Shown: one piece after another, positions 1 through 9,695 of the stretch
Position numbering within the stretch: the first letter of the stretch is position 1
How the letters are laid out: the number at the start of each line of letters is the position of its first letter
DNA from: an uncultured Planctomycetota bacterium
GTDB taxonomy: Bacteria; Planctomycetota; Planctomycetia; Isosphaerales; Isosphaeraceae
Reading direction: 5' to 3'
DNA: 64,000 nucleotides
Assembly: GCA_963845755.1 (NCBI GenBank)
Contig: CAWJTV010000034.1
Coordinates: forward strand, 512,001 to 576,000
Translations under genes and position numbers: made by a program
The notes under the pieces: model-generated
What the model was told of the DNA's origin: nothing
The model's database searches: none
What the model saw: only the letters and a program-made list of their open reading frames with translations

Positions 1-92
1 CAGTCTCCCCTCCGCCAAAGCATGGAGTCCCGGCCAAACTGAAGGTCTCCTATCGGGAGGATGGTTATGCGGTCATCGCCCGGACGCATACC

Positions 93-1271
93 TCATGTCG
101 ACGAATCCGGCGCCTGAACCGGTTGTTGCTCCTTGATCCATCGCAAGGCGATCTCGGTAGCAAGTTGCGCCGTGTGATGCAGCGCGGAGGAATCGACCCG
201 ATCCTCGCTTCGGACCCATTTCAAATAATCGTCGCCGATGAATGCAACAAAGTCTTGATGGCAGCGGTCAGACGGCCAGAGCTCGGCTCGCCGGAAGGAT
301 CGGGTCGCAAGGTGATTCGTGAGCCAGAGGCTCTCCGACGCTGCCTGGACCAGGTCACGAAGGTTCCGACTCGCGATCGTGAGTTTCTTGCCAATCCCCG
401 GAGCGAACCAGTTGAGCAGCAACGTCGGGATTCGAGGAGATTCCGACAGGACCCACCGAAACATGGCGCGGGAGCCGGCGAAATCGAGGACCTGTCCTCC
501 GGCTCCCGCAAAGATGATCTCGACGCGATGCGTTCTCGGAGACGACCACGTGCGTGCCAGCTCCATCAGGACTGCGACTCCGGTCCTGTCCGCCGGCTTA
601 GTCACTGGTCTCGACCGATTGGATCGCCACGCCGAGATCACCCGGCCGGCCACATAGATCCAGAGAAGTCCGATCAAACTCAATCCCCATAAGCGCGAAT
701 GAGACAAAGATCCAGGAGTATGATGAGAATCCAAGGTCAAGGAGAAGGCATCGTATACCAGGAAGATGCAAAGGATCTCGCCCCAGGCGGATGAAAGCCA
801 GGAAGACGATTCGTGTGAGTCCGCAGAGATCCGGCCGATCGGCGTCTGGAAGACGACTCGACAGCAAGGCGAGGAGTCGGGTCCCTTCCGTGCGACGATC
901 AGCGGTGCCGTGCTCTTAGGGGGCAAGTCCCAACCGAAACGGAAGCCGAGGCGGAGCGCCAGGATCAACCAGAGAATGGCCAGAATCAGGAGCGGCCAGC
1001 CGAAGACGTGAGTCGGCCACTCGCTCCTGAAGGTCCAGACGACTGCCATCGCCGCGGTCATGGCGAAGCCGAATCCCAGCCAGCTCACCCAGGAGACAGC
1101 CCATGCCGGAAAGCCGGATCCGACCACCGCCCGGTTCTCGACTTGAAAACCCATGCTCGCGAACTGCTCCGCGACGAGATCGGCGACCCGTGCCTCGCCG
1201 TCCGGCCCTGCGAACCGCGGATCACCCAGTTTCTGGAACATTTCCAGGGCCTTCGCGGCGTCGAACCTCAT
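93..1271 (-). CDS. Membrane protein, possibly M28 peptidase-like fold
   Basis: Likely start MRFDAAKAL (ATG 1271); 'PRFAGPDGEARVADLVAEQF' and 'GVAVLMELAR' resemble M28-family segments; several hydrophobic stretches. Confidence 0.5.
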   Translation of the reverse strand: MRFDAAKALEMFQKLGDPRFAGPDGEARVADLVAEQFASMGFQVENRAVVGSGFPAWAVSWVSWLGFGFAMTAAMAVVWTFRSEWPTHVFGWPLLILAILWLILALRLGFRFGWDLPPKSTAPLIVARKGPDSSPCCRVVFQTPIGRISADSHESSSWLSSAWGEILCIFLVYDAFSLTLDSHHTPGSLSHSRLWGLSLIGLLWIYVAGRVISAWRSNRSRPVTKPADRTGVAVLMELARTWSSPRTHRVEIIFAGAGGQVLDFAGSRAMFRWVLSESPRIPTLLLNWFAPGIGKKLTIASRNLRDLVQAASESLWLTNHLATRSFRRAELWPSDRCHQDFVAFIGDDYLKWVRSEDRVDSSALHHTAQLATEIALRWIKEQQPVQAPDSST

Positions 1272-1373
1272 GGACCTCGGCTTTCCACCCCAACTCCGGA
1301 TCTTCGACGATGTGAATCGGCCCAGGCGGAGAGACGGAGGTCTCCCGGCGCCTGGGCATCGCGAACGTACCAA

Positions 1374-2684
1374 TCAGGCGAACTCGGTGTACCCCGGCAC
1401 GGGGACACCGCGGGTCTTCAAGGGACCGTACTCATAGCTCGGCGGGCTCAGGTCTTCCTTGGAGTTGAGGATCATCTCCGGCGTGACGACCTTGCCCGTG
1501 TACGCGGCGGTGCGGGCCATCAGGGCGAGCAGGGTGCTCTGCGCCGCATGCTCGCCATTGTTGGCCGGCTTGCCGGCGCGGATTGCGGCGAACATCTCGT
1601 CGTGTTCGACTTGATACATGTTGGACTTGGGGCCGCGATAGCGCCACGACTTCTCGGCCCTGATGATGTTGCCGAAGACATCGGCCGTGCCCGTGCTGCC
1701 GAGGATGTAGTCCTTGACCCGATTGGGCGTGTTGACCCAGTGGCGGCACTGGTGGTAGCCGCGGACGTTGTCGGGGTACTCGAAGACGACCGAGAAATGG
1801 TCCCAGATGTTACCGTACTTCGCGTCGGTGCGCGATTGCCGACCGCCCACGCCCCAGCAACGGAGAGGCGGCTTGTCGCCCATGACCCAGCCCATGGTGT
1901 CGAGGCCGTGGATCGCCTGCTCGACGATATGATCACCGGAAAGCCAGCAATAGTAATACCAGTTCCTCATCTGATATTCCATGTCGGACGAGCATTCCTC
2001 GCGCTTCTTCCGCGGTTCCCACACACCCGAGGAGTCGTAGGTCGTCTCGATGGCGACGACCTTGCCGATCTGGCCGTCGAAGACGCGCTTCATGGTCTCG
2101 CGGCGAGGCCCGTCGTAGCGCCAGCAGAATCCGTTGACCAGCGAAAGGTTCTTCTCCTTGGCGACCTTGCACGCCGCGAGGTACTTGCGCAGGCCCGGCC
2201 CATCGACAGCCATCGGCTTCTCGACGAAGGCATTGACGCCCTTCTCCACGGCGTAGGCCAGGTGGATGGGCCGGAAGTGCGGGGGCGTGGTCAGGAGGAC
2301 CATGTCGACCTGGTCGATGACGTGCTTGTAAGCGTCGAAGCCGGTGTATTGCCGGTCCTTGGGGACCTCGACGCGTGAGCCCACGCCGGAGCCCTTGAGG
2401 CCCGAAAGGCTGTCCTCGAGCCGGTCCGGGAAGGCATCGGCCATGGCGACGAGCTTGGTGTTGGAGTCGGCGGTGAGGGCCTGCTCCGCCGCGCCGCTGC
2501 CCCGGCCGCCACAGCCGACCAGTCCGAGCTTGATCGTGCTGCTGCCGTCCGCGTGGACCATCGGCACGTAAAATCCGGTCGAGACGGTCGCGGCCGCGGC
2601 GGTGGTGCCTTTCAGGAAATCCCTGCGGGATGATGAGGAAGGAGCCGATTCGGCGGGGTTCGTCGCTTGGGGTCGGTCGGTCAC
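1374..2684 (-). CDS. Gfo/Idh/MocA family oxidoreductase with Tat signal
   Basis: SRRDFLK twin-arginine motif, GLVGCGGRG Rossmann motif, EKPMA motif; start approximate. Confidence 0.9.
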   Translation of the reverse strand: MTDRPQATNPAESAPSSSSRRDFLKGTTAAAATVSTGFYVPMVHADGSSTIKLGLVGCGGRGSGAAEQALTADSNTKLVAMADAFPDRLEDSLSGLKGSGVGSRVEVPKDRQYTGFDAYKHVIDQVDMVLLTTPPHFRPIHLAYAVEKGVNAFVEKPMAVDGPGLRKYLAACKVAKEKNLSLVNGFCWRYDGPRRETMKRVFDGQIGKVVAIETTYDSSGVWEPRKKREECSSDMEYQMRNWYYYCWLSGDHIVEQAIHGLDTMGWVMGDKPPLRCWGVGGRQSRTDAKYGNIWDHFSVVFEYPDNVRGYHQCRHWVNTPNRVKDYILGSTGTADVFGNIIRAEKSWRYRGPKSNMYQVEHDEMFAAIRAGKPANNGEHAAQSTLLALMARTAAYTGKVVTPEMILNSKEDLSPPSYEYGPLKTRGVPVPGYTEFA

Positions 2685-2998
2685 GGGAAGGTCTCCAGGT
2701 GAGCGAGAAGGCAGGGTGAATGGTCCCCGTGGGCCGCGATCTCCTCGACCCACACCAAGTCGTTTCATGGTAACGCCTTTCCGGGCAGGATGCTATGCGA
2801 CTCGGAGGTTTCGCCCAGGTCAGTCCGGGGATCGGATCGCCACGATAGACGTAGTGAGGGCGATCCTGAACGTCGAGCCAGACGAGGGTCGCCGACCGTT
2901 CCGGCGCGTGGTAGGATGAATTGCCCCACAGGGATCTTCCGCGGAGCGACATGGGTGCGCGAACTTCTCGCAACGGAGTCACCACGTTGAACCGACGA

Positions 2999-3732
2999 AT
3001 GACGATCGAGATCTGCGTGGGCGACGTCGAGTCGGCCATCGCAGCAGAGGTTGGGGGTGCGGATCGGGTCGAGCTGTGCGACAACCTGTCCGTCGGCGGG
3101 ACGACACCCAGCGCCGGCACGATCGCCGAGACTTGCCGGTGGCTGAGCATCCCCGTTCACGTCCTGATCCGACCGCGGGCGGGCGACTTCGTCTATTCGG
3201 AGCGCGAGCTGGCCGTCATGCGGCACGACATCGAGGCCGCCAAGGCGCTCGGGGCCGCCGGAGTCGTCCTGGGCGTGCTGACGGGCGAGTTCGGCATCGA
3301 CCGCGACCAGACCTCGGCGCTCATCGCCCTGGCGCGGCCCTTGAGCGTCACCTTTCACCGGGCGATCGACCAGGCCGCCGAAGCGCTCGAAGCGCTCGAG
3401 GCCTTGATGATCCTCGGCGCCGACCGCGTGCTGACGTCGGGCGGCCGGCCGACCGCCCTCGAGGGCATGGAGGCCTTGAAAACGCTCGTCGATCGGGCCG
3501 CGGAACGGATCGCGATCATGGCCGGCGGCCGACTCGATCTCGACAACCTCGAGACCATCATCCGAGGCAGCCGGGTCGCCGAGGTCCATCTCGGTTCGGC
3601 CGTGAGCCGAACGGTACCCGGCCCCGAGCCCGCCCGGCGCGCGACGGATCCGAGACGTCGTGGAATCGCGTCGACGCCCAGAGAGTCGCGGCGGTGGTGG
3701 CGCTGGTCCAGGGCCTCGGTGATGGTCGATGA
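2999..3732 (+). CDS. cutC: Copper homeostasis protein CutC (frameshift near 3630)
   Basis: EICV..., GADRVELC, GGTTPS, IRPRAGDFVYS, TFHRAID, RVLTSGG motifs. Confidence 0.9.
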
Positions 3733-3759
3733 AACGATCATGAATTCTCGCATGTTTAA

Positions 3760-6700
3760 TTAATCAATCAATGGCTGCGTGCTGCGCAGATAGGCGAACA
3801 GGTCGCGGACGTCCTGGTCGCCCAGGGTCTTCAGCAGGCCCTCGGGCATGATCGATTTCGGGCTGGTCTTGATCGCGTCGATCTCGTCACGGGCGATCGT
3901 CCGTTCTTTTCCGTCGTCGGCGCGGATGACCACGACATTCTTATCCTGCTCGGTCACGACGCCACTCACGACACGGCCGTCGGTCGTGGCGAGGATCGAC
4001 ATGGTGTAGCCCTCGCGGATCTCGGCGCTCGGGTTGACCATGTTCAGCAGCATGGTCTCGAGATCATCGCGACGGTAGGTCGTCAGGTCGGGGCCGACCT
4101 TGCCCCCGTTGCCGAAGAGGGTATGACAGCGGGCGCATTGCCGGTCGAAGATCGCCCTGCCGGGCTTTGGGATGCCGGAGCCGGCACGGACGACGGCGGC
4201 CAGCCGCTCGACTTCCGCGCGGAGCTCGGCCGACGTGGCGGGCCGGATCGGTCCGAAGAGCCGGGCCACGCGATCGGCGATCCCGGTCTCTCCCGGCACG
4301 AGCAGCTTCTCGACCACCTCGCGCGGTACCGTCTGTGGGTCGATGGACCGGGCCTCGATCGCCGCGAGGAAGAGGACGGCCCAGCCCGGTCGAGAGGCGA
4401 GCAGATTCTGAGCCGATGCCAGGACGTCGTCGGCCATGTTGGGATACGCCCCGAGCACCCTGGCGGGGATGGCCGGGTCGTCGTAGCCGGCCAGTGCCGC
4501 TCAGGGCGGCGCTGCGCAGAGCATTATCGGGCGACTCGCAGGCGATACGAAGCACGACCGGCACGCAGGCCGGCCGGCGCACTTCGGCCAGGACCTGGAG
4601 GAGCTGGAGCTGCCTGGCGCGATCGGCGCGTTCGTCGGTCAGCAGTCGGAGGGCTTCGGTCATCGCCTCGGGCTTCCCCTGGCGCAGGCCGATCGTGAGC
4701 GACTGTCCGCTGTACCTGGCCAGTGCGTCGACCAGCTCAGGCGGCAGCCCGGCCAGCGATCGTCCCGCGTAGGCCGACTCGAACCCGGCCATCAGGCGCT
4801 TGACGCGATCGGGGCCCGGAGCCAGGGCCAGGAGTCGGGCGCATCGGGTCAAATCCGGCCGCGTACCGGCCGCGGCGAACCGACGCATCAGGCGATCCAG
4901 CACCATCGACTTCGCGACCGGCAGGTCCCAGACGGTCCGATCCTCGAACATCGCCAGCACCGCTTCGGGATCGGTCCCGACCTTCGACTCGATCGCCCAC
5001 CAGAGCAGGAGCGGGATGTGGATGTCGCCGGCATCCTCGCCCCGGGCCAGGAGAGCCCGGACGATCGGCAACGCATCGCGTGCCGGTAGCCGCTTCGCCG
5101 AGCACGCGAGCTGGCTGCGGACCTCGACCTCCGGCTCGATCGCGGCGCGCCGTGCCAGCGAAGCGGCGACGGACGACGAGACTTTCGAGCCATCGCAGGC
5201 CAGCCGCGCCGTCCAAAGCCGCACGAAGGGGTCGGGATAATCGAGCGTCTTCAAGGTTGTCGCTTCGTCCAGTCCACCCATGAGGTTCAAAGCCCAGAGG
5301 GTCTCGAGCGCATCTTGACCGGTTCGCTTCCCGACCAGTTCCCGGAGTTGAGGTACGAGCGACTGGTCCTTCCGATCGCCGATCAACCGCAGCGCCGTCT
5401 CGCGCGTCCACTTGTTGGAATCCGCCAGGAGTTCGACCAGCGCGGGGGTGCTCAGGGTCGCCAGATCCGTGGATTTGGCTGCCGCTCGATCTCCCTTCGC
5501 GCGGAGCCGATAGATCCTCCCGTTGCCCGGCTCGATTTGACCCTGGTGGTTGAGGTAGTGATTGACCTGGCGGTCGTACCAATCGGCGATGTAGAGCGCA
5601 CCGTCGGGGCCGAGTTTGATATCCACGGGCCGGTACCACGGGTCGGACGACGACACGGCCAGACCGACGTCCCGCGTTTGAAACGAGGAGCCATCCGGTC
5701 GAATCGCGCTCGTCACGACGTGATTGAGCAACGGCGCGACCCCGAAGAGGAGCCCGCGATAACGCTCGGGGAACGCATCGGCCTCGTAGAAGACGAACGT
5801 GTGAGTGAACCGCGGGACGCGGTTGTGCTTCATCGCCGGAAAGTAGCCGAACGCATAGGGATTCGACAGCGGACCATGCTTGTTGAACCCCTTCTGGAGA
5901 TAGGCGCCCTGGACGTAGTGGAACCCGCGTGTGTCGCCTCCATTGTGTCCCGAGTAGATCCGCCCCTTGGCATCGATCTCGACGCCGAACGCGTTGCCGC
6001 CCCCTTCGGCGAAGACCTCGTAGCGCCGGGTCTCGGGGTGGTATCGCCAAATGAGCTGTCCCATCGAGTGCACCGGCTCCTTGCCGTCATCGAGGCCCGG
6101 CCGGGTGACGTGGCCGGTGACCGTCGAGCCCTGCGCGGCGTAGAGCCAGCCGTCGGGACCCCATCGCAGACTGTTGACCACGGAGTGGGTGTCTTCCAGC
6201 CCGAATCCCTTGAGGTGGACCTCGGGGTCGCCGTCGGGCACGTCGTCGCGGTTACGGTCGGGGTAGAAAAGCAAGTACGGCGGGTTCAACACCCAGACGC
6301 CGCCGCGTCCCTGCGCCACGGCGGTCGCGATGTTCAGCCCGTCCACGAAAGTCTTGTGCCGGTCGAACACGCCGTCGCCGTCGGTATCCTCATGGATCGT
6401 GATCTTGTCCTTGCCGCGGAAATGGTGGGGCGGGGCAGGGGGGACCTTATCGTAGACCGCACGCCAGACGCCGTCGTGGCTGACCATCCGCAGCCCCGCC
6501 GGGAACGGGTACTGGAGATACTGCACGACCCAGAGCCGCCCGCGTTCGTCGAAGTTGATCGAGACCGGCTGACGGACCACCGGCTCGGCCAAGACCAGGT
6601 CGAGCTGGAGGTCGTCGGGAACTGTGAATGAGGCCAGGGCCGCGCGAGGCGAGAGCGCGCCCTGGCCGCGATCAAAAGGGACGCGGGACTCCGGGGAGGC

Positions 6701-8327
6701 CGCGGCTGCGGCAGATCCCGTGCCGGGATGCGTGCGCAATTCGGCCGCAACGGGCGGAGCGGACTTCCGGTCCAGGGCCCAGAGCACCGCGTTGCGAAGG
6801 AGTCGGCGGAACGCAGGAATCGCGAAGTCGCCCGGGTGGCCCAGCGAGGTGTAGAAGATCCGCGCATTGCCCTTGGCGTTGATCCACGCGACCGGCTCGG
6901 CCGGATGGTCCGGGATCTTTCCCATCAACAGAGGGACGGTCGAGGACGCCAGCGGACTCACCTTGTAGAGCGAGCCCTGGCCACTGAACGGTGTCTCGAC
7001 CCCGTCAACGATCGGGACGGGCTTCTTGGTGATCACCCGTTCGATGACCGGCTTGAGGTCGTTCGCGTGATGATTGGTGTAATGGCCGCCGAGGACGTCC
7101 GGGTCGAACGTGGTCCATTCGGCGTGACCGGCCGGCGCCTTGCCGCGGGTGTCGAACGCATGACAGGCCGTGCGGATGCCGACGACCGGCTTGCCGGCCT
7201 CGATGTAACGGCGGATGATCGCCATCTCGGCGGCCTTCGGTGCGCGGCGGCGGACGCTCAAGACCAAGACGTCGGCGTCGTCGAGCGCCGCGACCCCCGG
7301 GAAATCGTGCGGCGTCTTCGGATCGGCGATCGCCATCGTGCAGCGGATGCCCAGCGGCTCCAGCTCCTTGGCGGCGAATGCCGGCAAGGTTTTTTCTGTC
7401 TGGTACTCGTCCTCGCCGATCACGAACACGGCGCGGGGGCAATCGTCGGTCTGGAACCGGAACGCGGGCTGGCCGGTGAGGTCGGTCGAGAGGATGCTCG
7501 GAGCCACGTACTTCTCGACGTGCTCGATCATCCGGTTCGTCCCCTCGAAGTGGCTGACATACGGCCAGCTCCGCGAGTTATACATGGTGTCGGTGAGGTC
7601 GCGGACGAGCACGACATTCTTGCCATGGCTGGCGAGCTGACGTAGTCCGAACGGTCGTCCCAGCACGCACATATTCAAGTGAACGCCCATCAGCATGACG
7701 TTCTTGATCCCGCGGGCTTCGAGCAGGTTCCAGATCTCGACGCCCGAGTCGCTGATGGCATCTTCGTCCCGGATCTCGATCGCGGCGACCTGCGACCTCC
7801 AGGGAGATCCCTGGGGGCACTGGGGACCGTCGTCACAGCCGCCGTCGGACTGGTCGATCGGGTAGACTCCCTTTTCCTCGGAGGGGATCCGGCTGCACCA
7901 GCCGGCGATATCCTTCGGGAGGTTCGCCGCCCGGGGGGCAGTCTGTGCGCGCTTCCGTCCAGGGTAGTCCTTGTAAGCCTCCATGCAACTGCTCGGCGCG
8001 TGGATGATCAGAACGCCCTTGGCCCGCGCCGCGGCGATCGTCCGGTTCATCGCCGGTGCCACCTCGCCGACCCGACGCGTCGCCCCCTGGCACCAGTGCT
8101 GGTTCCACATGTCGCAGATGATGATGGCCGTCTGGCCCGGGTCCCAGCGCAGGACCTCGTCCTTCACGACAGACCCGCCCGAGTCCGGCACCCGTGCCCG
8201 CGCATGGAGGACCAACGGTGCGCGCGGCGGGTCCTCGACCCGCGCTCCGGCCACCGCGGCGACTGCCATGACCAGGCCGCTGAGCCAGGCCACTGCCCCC
8301 GTCCTTGCCGCACCAGGTCACACGCAT
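3760..8327 (-). CDS. PVC-type heme-binding CxxCH protein with N-terminal isochorismatase-like and ThuA-like domains (frameshifts near 4497 and ~8295)
   Basis: IICDMW...HWC isochorismatase-like; ThuA-like FYTSLGHP; beta-propeller WGPDGWLY; CARCH heme motif in C-terminal ORF 3760-4458; AGGAGG upstream of ATG 8327. Confidence 0.85.
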
Positions 8328-8630
8328 GGCTGATCCTCCTTTCCTTCCCGACCGACCGGCTGCTCGATTTGCGATGTTAAACACTCGCTGGATAATCTAC
8401 CCCTCTCAACGCCAGATCGCCATGGTCGCGCGGGCTGTTCGAGCCGCGTTTACTGGAAGGCAATCCAATCAGAGAAATCGATTCAAGTACCCCAATCACT
8501 ACAAGCTTGATATACGGATTATTTTCTCCAGATTGCCGATGGGTTCGTTCGGTTCGTTTGCTGCATCTTGTCATTGAAGCGACCTCACACCGAACTCCAA
8601 TCGTTAAATTTTGCCGGATCGATACAATCG

Positions 8631-8781
8631 TGGCTTCGTTTGATCGATTTTCCGCGTCGGTTTCGTTCGCGGACCCTGTGGTTGACCGTGGTGTCTGGCT
8701 TCGTTTGATTGATTTCGGATGCGCGCGTCATCCTCTTGCATCAATCCATGCGATAGTCCCTGGCTTCGTTTTGATGATTTC
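8631..8781. repeat. Three TGGCTTCGTTT(GATYGATTT) direct repeats with a 65-bp period
   Basis: Copies start at 8631, 8696, 8761; related variants at 8540-8560 and ~8658. Confidence 0.75.
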
Positions 8782-9454
8782 GCCATGCTGATCTCGCAGT
8801 CGTGATTTCCGGGTGTGGGCTGTCGATGAGGTGGGCGCGCACGATGACTTACAGATATTATGGGACACTTGAGCGTGCCTGGCCACGAATTCTGGAAGAA
8901 AAGTTGGCGGCGACCGGGTGTCGCCGAGGGCGAGTCGGGAAGATATACCTTTGAAGGTCAAGGGCCGCCGGCCGTGATGGCGGTATGGGAGGAGTTCCGC
9001 TCGAGGTGTGGGCTGGCCATCAGTGCAACGTCGAACCGGGCGGACAGCACGGCGAGCCGGTGGCCCAGGCATGGGCTCACGTCCTCGGCTCGCCATCTGA
9101 ACACCAGAGCAGGGGGAACGGCCGGCGGATCATGCCCTGCTGCGCCGATTATCACGCGGGTGATCTGCTCGCGGCCTTGGTCAGGTCCCGGGTGACCATC
9201 GGAAGCCGTAGAGAAGGCGCCCGCATCAGGGGTCTTCGTCCGCCGGAACAGGGAAGAGTGCAGAGGGGGTTCGGGGGAGAGGGGACGTGTCACGCGACAC
9301 CAAGTTGGATCGCGAAATCCCGACACCCGGTTTGATCGTACCTGCTCATCGGTGCGCGTTTATGGGTCGAAGGTGACAGTCGTTCAGGAGCGAAAAGGGC
9401 GGCAGCGTCAGAGCCGATCCAGCCCGCAGAGGGCCAGAGGCAACCCCTGTGGGT

Positions 9455-9695
9455 GCTTCGGTGTCGTCGGACGAATGGCACTAGCTTAAGCGTAACACTT
9501 TATGCCATTTGAGCTTAAGTGCGGATCTCCAGACATATTTTCAACGATTGTAGATATTCGCTTGTAATATTGATAGAGAGTTTAGCCTCAAATCAAGCCA
9601 CATGGACCCAACCTCATATCCTCCTGAATACTATTAATGGGCAAACCGTCGCGACACAACTCGTTTTCTGAAAACGAGTTACGCTTAAGCTAGTG
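9455..9695. repeat. Arm-core-arm unit 1 (core 9484-9690, 207 bp, flanked by TA); right arm split by intron, resumes 12134-12156
   Basis: ACGAATGGCAC TA GCTTAAGCGTAAC ... GTTACGCTTAAGC TA GTG|CCATTCGT. Confidence 0.9.

Noticed and set aside
8631..8781. CRISPR array
   Set aside because: Only three short degenerate repeats, no cas genes; kept only as an unexplained periodic motif.
8830..9282. Possible gene or intron remnant left of the transposon
   Set aside because: No ORF with recognisable motifs and no supportable RNA structure.
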